The notes beneath the pieces were generated by a model. It saw only the letters and a list, made by a program, of their open reading frames with translations, had not been told where the DNA came from and searched no databases. The position numbers and the translations under genes are program-made. DNA of 64,000 nucleotides, taken from the IMG/VR virus record IMGVR_UViG_3300010049_000009, positions 1 to 64,000 of that record, one strand, 5' to 3'. Below are positions 9,397 through 18,621 of this stretch, one piece after another; the first letter of the stretch is position 1; every line of letters begins with the position of its first letter. This DNA is from a virus. Lineage: Duplodnaviria > Heunggongvirae > Uroviricota > Caudoviricetes.

Positions 9397-9852
9397 TTAA
9401 ATTTTCACACCCATTTTTAATAAACAAACTTTTAAATAGTTAAGTTCTTCGTTGATTTCTTCCACTATGTGCGGAATGAACTTATTGCGTAGTCGTTTAA
9501 AAGATAAATTTTGTACAGTGTCGTGTCCAAATTTTGGGGCATCATGCATTGAATACTTATATGTATTTCCCTTTTCAAGAGTACCCCCATTTTCAGGATA
9601 TTTCAACACAAACCCTATAAAACCATTATAGTTCATTTTTGGAGTTCCAAGTAGATTTTCTTTAATTTCGTTGAGAACATCCATCTGCTTCTTAACCTCT
9701 ATCAACATATCAATATCTTCGTATTTCACAGTTGGTATGTTGGCAATTTTCTCACGCAATTCGTTTTTTTCTTGTATGTGTTGATCCTCGTCAAAGTTCG
9801 GTCCGGGATTCATTATTGACCGATATACCCCGCTTTCATCCATATATCCCAT
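9397..9852 (-). CDS. hypothetical protein (151 aa)
   Basis: ORF. Confidence 0.4.
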   Translation of the reverse strand: MGYMDESGVYRSIMNPGPNFDEDQHIQEKNELREKIANIPTVKYEDIDMLIEVKKQMDVLNEIKENLLGTPKMNYNGFIGFVLKYPENGGTLEKGNTYKYSMHDAPKFGHDTVQNLSFKRLRNKFIPHIVEEINEELNYLKVCLLKMGVKI

Positions 9853-9856
9853 ATTC

Positions 9857-10903
9857 TTAAATATTTTTATTATTAATTATCACTTGTCTATATACACCCG
9901 CCATGGTTGCTACATTTACGGTTGATTCTCCCCAATGTATTATTGTATTTTCTTCCACATATTTATTAACCAACCCATTAAAATTTTCTGCTATAATACC
10001 ACTATTTTTTAAATCATCAAAAAACTTGGTTCCATACATATTTTCATATTCAGCGATTGTTCGACCCCTCCAATATGAACCATATAATCCCCCCCATGAA
10101 AACCTTGTTGCCGCTTTTAACCAATCAACCATAACTCCTTTATCACCAATGTTGGGGTTTTCCAAATGACAATCATGACATAAGAGAACAATGTTATCAG
10201 GAGTATTAGTGCCTCCCAATGCTTTGGGAACTATATGACACTCTGTTAATCTTCTTTTTTCACTACAACGCCAACACCGCTCATGCGCATCAGACCAATC
10301 CACATTTAGTTCACCCTCATATATTTGTTGTTCCCAATACCTCACAATTTGTTCACGCCTTGTTGATAAGTCTTTTGTATAATAATGGGTTTCGGGGGAT
10401 ATTTCGTTCTTTGTATAGTTTTGTTCTTCAAACACTTCACCCATTTTATTTTTAGTGGGTTGCAATATTATTTTTAATACATTATTCAAATATCTTTTAC
10501 TTTTGAAAAAATTTTCCGCACGTCTAATTAATCCATTTACAATTTCTTTTGTTTGATATTTGGGTTTTGGTATTATAATAATCATTTTACCGTATTCTTT
10601 ATCATTGAAAAGGTGTGTTTCTTTACCCATTGCTACAAACCCCAAAATTATTCCTTCCGGTGTAGCGTCATCTAAACTTGTTTCTGCTTTCACCACTTCA
10701 ATATCATAGTTATCTATTAGAAATTGATCTTTTCCAAAATATTTATTACCAATTTGAATAATTTCTTTTATATCTGTTTTGGATTTTTTATTTAATGTTT
10801 TTATTTCACATATTAAGGGATATTTTTCACCCTTTTCATGTATATAACCACCAACTTTTAATGCTTTCATTATATTAATTGTTTTAAACTTTCTATATTC
10901 CAA
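9857..10903 (-). CDS. HNH endonuclease with a ~200-aa N-terminal domain of unknown function
   Basis: C-terminal CWRCSEKRRLTECHIVPKALGGTNTPDNIVLLCHDCH is a canonical HNH motif. Confidence 0.65.
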   Translation of the reverse strand: MEYRKFKTINIMKALKVGGYIHEKGEKYPLICEIKTLNKKSKTDIKEIIQIGNKYFGKDQFLIDNYDIEVVKAETSLDDATPEGIILGFVAMGKETHLFNDKEYGKMIIIIPKPKYQTKEIVNGLIRRAENFFKSKRYLNNVLKIILQPTKNKMGEVFEEQNYTKNEISPETHYYTKDLSTRREQIVRYWEQQIYEGELNVDWSDAHERCWRCSEKRRLTECHIVPKALGGTNTPDNIVLLCHDCHLENPNIGDKGVMVDWLKAATRFSWGGLYGSYWRGRTIAEYENMYGTKFFDDLKNSGIIAENFNGLVNKYVEENTIIHWGESTVNVATMAGVYRQVIINNKNI

Positions 10904-11547
10904 GCGTCTTCATACAATTTTTTGATTGCTGCTAACGCTACTTTTTTAAGGTCATCACCAACATAGTCTTTGTTATCAACCCATTCATTGGTGGTTTTAT
11001 CTTTTACTTGATATTTCTGAATAGAGCGTGAACCTATACCCGCAAAATTCGTAAATAATAACGGTGTGTCGTGAAATCGTTGAAACCCTTCCATCTTGTT
11101 TACCCAAACATACCAACTTTCTTGACTAAAATCAAAAACATAAACCAACTTATTTAATGATATTGCGTATTGAACAGCGTAATTTGTTCCACCCCTCACG
11201 CCTTGAAAATCAGGTTTCATTTCAGCAACAGCGTAGATTGCTTGTGCGTGTTTAACCTGATAATAGTTTCGTGCTTTGAGGTCGTCTGCATACGTTCTCT
11301 TAACTGTTTTTAACTTTTTTTTATCAAAACATTGTGCCATGAACTTATAACACTCTTCCATTTGAATATTATCCATAATGGTAGGGTGGATATTAAATTC
11401 TTTCAGTTGTTTAGATACATTGGGGTTTTCTTCCGGTCTGAAATGAAATTGTCTATCAGGAGTAATACCATACTTCAAACCATACACACCAAATGCTGTA
11501 TCTGCGCCGTATGCGCCACCACTATATAATTTGTGATTTGTTAACAT
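10870..11547 (-). CDS. Rossmann-fold protein, possibly SLOG/DprA-like
   Basis: SGGAYGADTAFG ... VRGGTNYAVQYAISLNKLVYVF resembles the DprA/Smf GxARGxDxxAH and SGS..TA..A motifs; weak. Confidence 0.3.
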   Translation of the reverse strand: MLTNHKLYSGGAYGADTAFGVYGLKYGITPDRQFHFRPEENPNVSKQLKEFNIHPTIMDNIQMEECYKFMAQCFDKKKLKTVKRTYADDLKARNYYQVKHAQAIYAVAEMKPDFQGVRGGTNYAVQYAISLNKLVYVFDFSQESWYVWVNKMEGFQRFHDTPLLFTNFAGIGSRSIQKYQVKDKTTNEWVDNKDYVGDDLKKVALAAIKKLYEDAWNIESLKQLI

Positions 11548-11840
11548 GGTATGGGGTTTTTATGATATTTACTTTCATATAACGAAGAAAGATTTTCATC
11601 CAAAGTACCTGTTATACCTGCGGTAAAATCTAATATTTCCCAATCCTTTTCTTCCCACGTTTTTTCTTCAATGCGTTCCAAATATTCTTTAAAACAACTT
11701 ATCCACTCGTGAACCGTAAATTCTGTTGGGTGATTTTCATCCTTTTCTATATCGTCTGCTACACCCAAGATATATTGGTCTAAACCCCTTTGAGCAAATT
11801 TAGCAAACCCCTCTAACGTTAATTGTCTTTCCTGTATCAT
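11541..11840 (-). CDS. hypothetical acidic protein
   Basis: ORF. Confidence 0.4.
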   Translation of the reverse strand: MIQERQLTLEGFAKFAQRGLDQYILGVADDIEKDENHPTEFTVHEWISCFKEYLERIEEKTWEEKDWEILDFTAGITGTLDENLSSLYESKYHKNPIPC

Positions 11841-11880
11841 ATTATTTTAAATGTTTCTATGTCGTAAATTTACATTTAAT

Positions 11881-11897
11881 TCTATTTATATTAAAAT
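11881..11897 (+). promoter_or_regulatory. conserved upstream motif TCTATTTATATTAAAAT (candidate phage promoter), 11 nt before the gp21-like ATG
   Basis: member of a recurring CTATTTATA(T/A)TAAAA family. Confidence 0.4.
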
Positions 11898-11907
11898 TTA
11901 ATGGTGT

Positions 11908-12627
11908 ATGAATAATATTCAACAACAATTACTAAAAGAGGTTAAGCGTGGTCAATCAGGTTACGGATTTCTATTTGAGAATGACGGATTTGTTGATCCT
12001 ACTAACCAAAAACATATGTTAAATGAAGACAGAGATAGAAGTGAATGGTATATACCATTTCCTTATATTATCCACGCCGTCTTTCAAAAAGCGGATACCC
12101 CAAACGCCAACGGTAGAATATACCCAAGACCAATATTAGAAAGAGAACTTATAAAATATCAACTAAAAATCAGTGAAAGAAGGGCTTATGGTGAAAGTGA
12201 CCACCCCGAATCAACCATTATATCCACAAAGGGTATTTCAATGAACATTATTAAATTATGGTGGGAAGGAAAAACTATTGTGGGTGATTTGGAAGTACCA
12301 CTATCACATGGATTTGTGAAGAATGGTATTTGTAGCACTCCGGGAGATATTATTGCGAATAATATTTATTATAATAGGTTGAAACTTGGTGTTTCTTCGA
12401 GAGGTGTGGGTTCCGTGGAAGCAGGAAAAAACAATATTAATGTTGTTGGAGACGATTTTGAACTTTTGTGTTGGGATTGGGTGACTGACCCTTCAACACC
12501 GGGTGCTTGGACAGCAAAAGATATGAGTGATTTGAAACCTTATATTGAAAACACAGAAATCAAAACTTGTGAAAAGAAAATATTCATCATTGAAAAAGTT
12601 GATAAAGTATTACAAATTATAAAATAA
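11908..12627 (+). CDS. T4 gp21-like prohead core protease
   Basis: GRIYPRPILERE, YGESDHPE, LWWEGKTIVGDLEV, LGVSSRGVGSV and AWTAKDMS align with recalled T4 gp21 segments (KRLYPKRILEKA, GELNHPP, MWWKGNDVYGRARV, GVSSRGLGSL, AWVTPKE). Confidence 0.6.
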   Translation: MNNIQQQLLKEVKRGQSGYGFLFENDGFVDPTNQKHMLNEDRDRSEWYIPFPYIIHAVFQKADTPNANGRIYPRPILERELIKYQLKISERRAYGESDHPESTIISTKGISMNIIKLWWEGKTIVGDLEVPLSHGFVKNGICSTPGDIIANNIYYNRLKLGVSSRGVGSVEAGKNNINVVGDDFELLCWDWVTDPSTPGAWTAKDMSDLKPYIENTEIKTCEKKIFIIEKVDKVLQIIK

Positions 12628-12631
12628 AGTT

Positions 12632-13207
12632 ATGTTAGATTTTTTTTCCAATTTTCATTTGTCGTGGCTGTTTTACATGTCATTTACCGTTCTCTTCGGT
12701 TGGGTTGGAGTACTGTTATTTAAAATTAAGGGTATCCCTGTAAGTCTTAGTGAAACAAGATATTTAGTTAATCACCGAAAAGTTGGACACCTTCTATGGT
12801 ATCTTATGTGTACCTTAACCGCAATACCATTAATGATAGTATGGATATACTATTTGAATAAGTATGAAATGGAAGGACAAATACTTGCTTATTTGACCTG
12901 TTTGGCTTTGGTTGGTGTCGGAATTGCGGGTGATTTCAAAGACGCTGGGTGGAAGTTTTTTATTCATTGTTTGTTTGCTTTAATTAGTGCCGGTGCGTGT
13001 GTTGTGTGGATTTGTCTATATTCACCACTTGCTTTTATTATCATACCGATTGCAATATTCTTTACATTGGTAGGATTGTGGACAGGTGGTCGGTCAGCAG
13101 AAAACCGTGTGGGAAAACCAAAGAGAAACGCTATTGTATTTTATCTCGAATTTGTTTGTTTTTTAGCAATTTACCTCTGTATCTACGGTTTGATTATTGG
13201 TATCTGA
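12632..13207 (+). CDS. polytopic membrane protein (191 aa)
   Basis: multiple hydrophobic segments. Confidence 0.5.
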   Translation: MLDFFSNFHLSWLFYMSFTVLFGWVGVLLFKIKGIPVSLSETRYLVNHRKVGHLLWYLMCTLTAIPLMIVWIYYLNKYEMEGQILAYLTCLALVGVGIAGDFKDAGWKFFIHCLFALISAGACVVWICLYSPLAFIIIPIAIFFTLVGLWTGGRSAENRVGKPKRNAIVFYLEFVCFLAIYLCIYGLIIGI

Positions 13208-13423
13208 ATCGGTGATACAATAACTTAACATTTGAAGTCGCTTCTGTTTTGCTGTCTGACATTTTGGACAAAGGTGTTTGAATTTTCTACCTTTTGGGTC
13301 ACTATACCAACCATGTTCCAAAAACCGTTTAAGGAGTTCTTCCCAACTACTACCCCAAACATCACTATTACAACATTTGTCACAATGTGCTTCAAAAATT
13401 ACATTACCTATACTCTTAATCAT
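13163..13423 (-). CDS. zinc-ribbon protein
   Basis: CDKCC...CPKCQ. Confidence 0.4.
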   Translation of the reverse strand: MIKSIGNVIFEAHCDKCCNSDVWGSSWEELLKRFLEHGWYSDPKGRKFKHLCPKCQTAKQKRLQMLSYCITDSDTNNQTVDTEVNC

Positions 13424-13471
13424 ATTATTTACCTATTATTTGATCAGTTACCTATGTTGGGTAACTGTGTT

Positions 13472-13506
13472 AAAAAAAATAACACCCCCAAAGTTATGAG
13501 GGTGTT
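13472..13506 (-). terminator. rho-independent terminator for the minus-strand SPFH operon (AACACCC...GGGTGTT + U8 on the minus strand); a second hairpin at 13445-13467
   Basis: read directly. Confidence 0.55.
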
Positions 13507-13518
13507 AAAAATTATAAT

Positions 13519-13791
13519 TTAATTACTTAAATACCGGTTGAGTTTTGTGTCTTTCATTTTCACTCTTGGGGTGTCGGATACACCGCAGTCAAAAGAGTTG
13601 AACATTAATACAAGTATATACACCGCACCTGCAACTATGTTCACAACCGGTACTAATCCCAAGACAAGAAGTAAGAGTATAAAACCTTTTGGTATTGGTT
13701 TATCTTTCCACAATAAGTGCCTTCTTGAAAACCACGCCGCTATTAAACATATAGTGAATGGTATTAAAATTAATCCCAAATTAAGTCCCAT
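13519..13791 (-). CDS. small membrane protein, partner of the SPFH protein (NfeD/YqiJ-like role inferred)
   Basis: two to three TM segments; immediately downstream of the SPFH gene. Confidence 0.45.
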   Translation of the reverse strand: MGLNLGLILIPFTICLIAAWFSRRHLLWKDKPIPKGFILLLLVLGLVPVVNIVAGAVYILVLMFNSFDCGVSDTPRVKMKDTKLNRYLSN

Positions 13792-13796
13792 AATGC

Positions 13797-14630
13797 TTAC
13801 CTCCCCACTTGTGGTAAATTAATCAAAGGTACACCGGAACCACCACTATACATAGGGAGTTTTCCATCCCACTTTTCGATAGCGTATTGTTGAACGAGTA
13901 ACATATTAAGTGATGCTGCAACAACCCTGTTGTAGTATGCTTCGCCGTCACCCTTAATTTTCAAGGCTTCCGCTTCACCACGCGCTTTAGTTACTTCGAT
14001 TTCCGCTTGTGCTCTTGCACGAGCGACCTCATTTTCCGCCCTCATCGCTTCCTGTACCATTCGGTTTCTTGAATCAATCGCCTCTACCAAACTTGCCGGT
14101 GGTGCAATCGCAGCCGTAAATTCAACAACCTGAAAACCTTGACTACCTAACGATTGTTCGAGCATTTCTCGGACTTGTGCCTCAAACTCACCACGCTTCG
14201 CCATTAATTCATCGGATGTGAAGAGGTTCCCAACAGTTCGATAAGCGTCAAACACACAGGTTAGAATAAATCCTTGTTCGATTTCCTTTATGGGTCTACG
14301 ATATGTTAAAAACACATCAATCGCCTTATCGGGATTCAAACGGTACGCCAAGTTTGGTGTGATACGGAAAATTGCCGCATCCTTCGCATTAACGGTGATT
14401 TCACCATACGAAACTCGTTGTACGTACACCGGATACTGATGTACACTCTGTGTAAAGGGGTTAAACCACACAAAACCACGTACAGTTCCCATTACACCAC
14501 CTTGTTTCTCTTCCGAAACACTCCACTTGTGGAATTTAATACCAACCGAGGTCGAATCGACCGTGGTACAACTTTGGGCGAACATCATAATCGCCACTAA
14601 ACTCAAAATCCAAAAACTTCCTTTCTTCAT
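13797..14630 (-). CDS. SPFH/band-7 (stomatin/HflK/C-like) lipoprotein
   Basis: lipobox MFAQSC; SPFH core with a coiled-coil EAMRAENEVARARAQAEIEVTKARGEAEALKIKGDGEAYYNRV. Confidence 0.7.
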   Translation of the reverse strand: MKKGSFWILSLVAIMMFAQSCTTVDSTSVGIKFHKWSVSEEKQGGVMGTVRGFVWFNPFTQSVHQYPVYVQRVSYGEITVNAKDAAIFRITPNLAYRLNPDKAIDVFLTYRRPIKEIEQGFILTCVFDAYRTVGNLFTSDELMAKRGEFEAQVREMLEQSLGSQGFQVVEFTAAIAPPASLVEAIDSRNRMVQEAMRAENEVARARAQAEIEVTKARGEAEALKIKGDGEAYYNRVVAASLNMLLVQQYAIEKWDGKLPMYSGGSGVPLINLPQVGR

Positions 14631-14694
14631 CTGTTCTAAAAAAATTTAATGTTAAAAACTTATTTTACTTATCAAATATACATAATATATTTCA

Positions 14695-15693
14695 TTACTT
14701 AAAAACGTTACGATTTTCCCTAAAGAATTTCAATAACGTGGTTTCAGACCAACTAACCCTTTCGTCTGAACGAGAGGTTGGGGCAAACTTTTGTTCTATC
14801 GCGTCAATATACATTGTGTGAGAAAAATCATCACCTTGATAATTTTCTTCCCAATATTTCGGCGGAATCTTGTTTTCCATATCCAACTGCTCAATAGAGA
14901 GGTTGTCGAAACTGATAACATTGGTGTAAGATACAATTTTAATAATATTCCGATCCCATTCCACAATATTATTCTTAATATCCTCTGAATAAGATTTATA
15001 GTAATCTAATCCTCTACCAAACTCTTTATAACCAAGCAATAGAAACTTTCGTAATCCGAAGCGGTCTCTTAACTGTGTTATAATTTCCGGTGTGTGTAGA
15101 CCTATAATAAGGTGCGCAACTGTGTGTTCATACTTCAAAAAATACTCTTCGTCTGCTGAACACTTATCAATACCTTCTATTGGAATTGATACACCTAACC
15201 CATAAATCAATTTTTCTTCCATATAACGTTTCAATTCAACCGCATTACTTCCATGTAAGTGGTGAAAATTAACCGTCAAACTAGGGAATATCTTTTTTGT
15301 TTGACAGAATTGAAGAAGTAGTGGGAGGTCGGGATGTGATAATGGATTACCGCCGCCGACTGCCATTTCCTGTCCACCTGGTAACACATCCAAAACTTCT
15401 ATCAACGCATTTATATCAGCGTGTTTTCCGTGAAAATGTGATTTTTCATGACAAAAAGCACAGGGTTTAAAATCACCCATACCATATTTAGATGGTATGC
15501 CCACACATTGGTTTGTGATTTTTATATCCATACTGTTCGGATAGTCAAACACAACAGGTTTGGTTTCGTCAAACTCCATTATTCGTGTACCATCTTCAAA
15601 AAGTTGGACTTTTACATTACCGTTTTGGTAGTTTATTATTTCTTTCATTGTGTTTTTTAAATTAACAATCATTTCCGAATTTTCCAAAAGCAA
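14695..15693 (-). CDS. radical-SAM-like protein with a non-canonical CX14CX2C cluster motif
   Basis: C-VGIPSKYGMGDFKP-C-AF-C (exactly 14 and 2 spacing) followed by a GGGNPL glycine-rich motif. Confidence 0.4.
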   Translation of the reverse strand: MLLENSEMIVNLKNTMKEIINYQNGNVKVQLFEDGTRIMEFDETKPVVFDYPNSMDIKITNQCVGIPSKYGMGDFKPCAFCHEKSHFHGKHADINALIEVLDVLPGGQEMAVGGGNPLSHPDLPLLLQFCQTKKIFPSLTVNFHHLHGSNAVELKRYMEEKLIYGLGVSIPIEGIDKCSADEEYFLKYEHTVAHLIIGLHTPEIITQLRDRFGLRKFLLLGYKEFGRGLDYYKSYSEDIKNNIVEWDRNIIKIVSYTNVISFDNLSIEQLDMENKIPPKYWEENYQGDDFSHTMYIDAIEQKFAPTSRSDERVSWSETTLLKFFRENRNVFK

Positions 15694-16000
15694 CTATTTT
15701 ATCACCGCTCGGGGTGGTGTGATCCATTTCAAAACATTCTAAACACTCATCTTCCAACCACTCCTCATAGGTTTGAATGTTTTCATTTTGATATTCTTCA
15801 AAAGAATCATAATAAGTCCTTTCGTCATTATCTTCAAACTCTTTCTGAAATTGTGTTAGTGTTCCCAACGTTTCTTCATCACGATTGAAAACTAACATAC
15901 CGTCTTTCCACAAATCAAATTCTGATCTCGCCACTATCGTTAGTGTGTGGGTCGAAGAAGAATTGGTTTCAAAAACCCCTAATCTACATACCTGTTTCAT
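15662..16000 (-). CDS. hypothetical protein, paralogue A (N-terminus RLGVFETNSSSTHT)
   Basis: shares the N-terminal motif with the 16382-16933 product. Confidence 0.45.
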   Translation of the reverse strand: MKQVCRLGVFETNSSSTHTLTIVARSEFDLWKDGMLVFNRDEETLGTLTQFQKEFEDNDERTYYDSFEEYQNENIQTYEEWLEDECLECFEMDHTTPSGDKIVAFGKFGNDC

Positions 16001-16021
16001 ATTATTTACATTTAATTTATA

Positions 16022-16381
16022 TTATTTTACTAATTTATCTACCATTTCAATCACATCCCCGTGTAACAACATTTCTGCTTCCGATATTTCCTTAACCACA
16101 ACGGGTTTAGGTTTGGGTTTCTGAAACACATCAAATAGTCTTTTTATCCATCCAACCCCACTATCAACGGGGGTTGATTCAATGTTCACTTCTTGTTCAC
16201 GAATAAATATTCTGTGTCCTACCCGCGCTGCTTCTTCTTGTTGTCGTCTTTGCATTTCTTCAAGACGTTGTTGGAACTTCGACTTTCGTGGTGGTATATC
16301 TGTTACGATAAAACGACCATTACCTTCTTGTAAACGCGCTTGCATTTCTTCAAGGCGTTGTTGAAATTTTGACTTTCTCAT
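16022..16381 (-). CDS. coiled-coil protein with an internal tandem repeat (RKSKFQQRLEEMQ x2)
   Basis: DNA direct repeats at 16250-16293 and 16339-16381. Confidence 0.45.
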   Translation of the reverse strand: MRKSKFQQRLEEMQARLQEGNGRFIVTDIPPRKSKFQQRLEEMQRRQQEEAARVGHRIFIREQEVNIESTPVDSGVGWIKRLFDVFQKPKPKPVVVKEISEAEMLLHGDVIEMVDKLVK

Positions 16382-16933
16382 TTAATTTCTCCCCTGTCTT
16401 ACTAAAATATATTTAGTTTCATCTTTGATAACTTCCAAGAATGGATCAATTATCTTTTCCATAATTTCGTCAAATGAAAAATTCATTGTGTTCGTAAACT
16501 CTTCAATAAAACTAAATGTTACTTCACCCCTATCTTCGTAAATAGAAATAGAGGTATCTTCGAGTACAACGTCATTATATGGTAAGTTCATTTTAATATA
16601 ATGTATTGCTTTATAAACAATATCTTTGTCAAGACACAAATATCTTTGAACTGTACCATCACAATCACGTTTCATTTCATTCATATACAACATTAATAAT
16701 GCCGCCTTTTCGTCAAATGTGTAAGCCACCCATTGTTTTCCATTATAAAGGTCCCCACCACATTGGGTTTCGGTTGGTTCAGTGTATGTGTGATAGAAAA
16801 CACTTGGGTATAAAATGTTTTTCTCAACCAAACCCATTTTCTTCAAAGGAATTTTGGATTTCAGTTGAACTACCATTGTGTGAACTGAACTAGAATTTGT
16901 TTCAAATACACCTCTTCTAATAACTTTCTTCAT
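16382..16933 (-). CDS. hypothetical protein, paralogue B (N-terminus RRGVFETNSSSVHT)
   Basis: paralogue of the 15662-16000 product. Confidence 0.5.
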   Translation of the reverse strand: MKKVIRRGVFETNSSSVHTMVVQLKSKIPLKKMGLVEKNILYPSVFYHTYTEPTETQCGGDLYNGKQWVAYTFDEKAALLMLYMNEMKRDCDGTVQRYLCLDKDIVYKAIHYIKMNLPYNDVVLEDTSISIYEDRGEVTFSFIEEFTNTMNFSFDEIMEKIIDPFLEVIKDETKYILVRQGRN

Positions 16934-17023
16934 TTCAATTATTTTTTACGTTAAAAACTAATTCAAAAATACAATTAGAAATCATAGAAAACAAATGTAT
17001 ATTTGGGGTAACAAAAATTTAAT

Positions 17024-17710
17024 ATGATGGTAAACATAAAAAAATTGTACAAGTATGGTTACTTGGAAATAGAAGGTGATAGTGAAAATATATGGTTCAC
17101 ATCGGACTTACACTTATATCACAAAAACATTATCAAACTTTGTAATAGACCATTTGCTGACGTTGAGGAAATGTCAAATACATTGGTCGAAAATTGGAAT
17201 AGTGTGGTTAAAGAAGATGATTTGGTATTCAATCTTGGGGATTTCTGTTGGTCAGAATGTTCTATCGTTTGGTCAAAACTCATAGATAAACTTAATGGTC
17301 GTCAAATTTTGATAAAAGGAAACCACGATCACCCCAAAACATTACAAAAATTATCCGATAAATATTCTCTTATTGAAGTTTGGAAACCAGGGTCTAATTT
17401 CCCAATTAAGAATTTGAATAAGTTATTTATGATAAGAGAAAGTTTAGAGGTGCGCCACAACGGGGAACGCTTTCTACTTAATCATTACCCACAAGCACAT
17501 TATGTTGGACAATATCATTCCGTTAGACAAATATTTGGGCACACCCATGAAAAATCATGTGCATATTCACCCAATCATTACAACGTTTGTGTTGAGCGAA
17601 ACCTGTATCGCCCTGTATCATTGGAAGAGGTGGGAATGTTGCTGACAATGCAGTGTCGGGATAACGAAACAAATTATTTTTTAGAAGACCTACTATATAA
17701 AGAAACATAA
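17024..17710 (+). CDS. calcineurin-like metallophosphoesterase
   Basis: FTSDLHLYH ... LGDFCW ... KGNHDHP (DxH/GD/GNHD motifs). Confidence 0.6.
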   Translation: MMVNIKKLYKYGYLEIEGDSENIWFTSDLHLYHKNIIKLCNRPFADVEEMSNTLVENWNSVVKEDDLVFNLGDFCWSECSIVWSKLIDKLNGRQILIKGNHDHPKTLQKLSDKYSLIEVWKPGSNFPIKNLNKLFMIRESLEVRHNGERFLLNHYPQAHYVGQYHSVRQIFGHTHEKSCAYSPNHYNVCVERNLYRPVSLEEVGMLLTMQCRDNETNYFLEDLLYKET

Positions 17711-17750
17711 AAACATTTATCTCCTATTTATTTATAAAAAAGGAGATATA

Positions 17751-18239
17751 ATGGAAGCGTTAGATTTTAGATTGACCGATATATTTGCCATTTTATCATC
17801 ATTGGTTGTGGTGGTAACGGCATTAGCAGCACTGTTCAAAAAACTACGAACCAATCTTGTGACCAATATGGCTTCACTGATTGATGTGGATAGTTTGAAT
17901 AGAAATTCTTCTTTGTATAAAACATTGGAGATTAACAACCAAATATTGGATCAAGTGAACAATATTAATATGAAAAACATTGATGCGTTTGATAAAATAA
18001 ACGACCAATTTTCCAATATTAATAAATCGCTGCTGCGGTTGGAAATTTTATCACTTATGGATCACAGGTCGAATGACATGGCAACTATCTATAAGATATA
18101 TGAAGATTACAAAGAAAATGGTGGAAATTCATATATAGATAAGTTGATAAAAGATTGGGAGAAGGGTAACTATCCTTCTGTTGATAAAATAGTCGAAAAA
18201 ATACTCGAAGAAAAAGAGAGAGAAAAGAATATTAAATAA
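17751..18239 (+). CDS. membrane-anchored coiled-coil protein
   Basis: N-terminal TM; preceded by AGGAGAT (a rare SD here) and a hairpin at 17719-17747. Confidence 0.45.
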   Translation: MEALDFRLTDIFAILSSLVVVVTALAALFKKLRTNLVTNMASLIDVDSLNRNSSLYKTLEINNQILDQVNNINMKNIDAFDKINDQFSNINKSLLRLEILSLMDHRSNDMATIYKIYEDYKENGGNSYIDKLIKDWEKGNYPSVDKIVEKILEEKEREKNIK

Positions 18240-18240
18240 T

Positions 18241-18621
18241 ATGGTACATACAATTATAATCGGTGTTTGGATGACATTGTTATTTATAACATTGTCTGTT
18301 GTTTTCGTATATATGTTTAAGAAACCAAAACATAATATAAACGAGGTTTTTGAACAAATATTTAAGAAACAAGTTGATTTGTTAAAAAAAATTGACGAAG
18401 AAAACACAATGCAAGTAGAGGTGTTTGATAAACTTAACCATAATATTGTAGAGAATTATCGCATACTATTGCAAATACAAATAAAAGAATCTATTAAACA
18501 CAACCCCTTTGAAACAGAACATATTCTAAAATTATATAACGATTACATTGGTATTGCCAAATATCCGAACACAGTTTTAGATGATGCGGTTAATGAGTGG
18601 AGAAACCTATACGGTTATTAA
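18241..18621 (+). CDS. small membrane protein
   Basis: N-terminal TM. Confidence 0.45.
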   Translation: MVHTIIIGVWMTLLFITLSVVFVYMFKKPKHNINEVFEQIFKKQVDLLKKIDEENTMQVEVFDKLNHNIVENYRILLQIQIKESIKHNPFETEHILKLYNDYIGIAKYPNTVLDDAVNEWRNLYGY

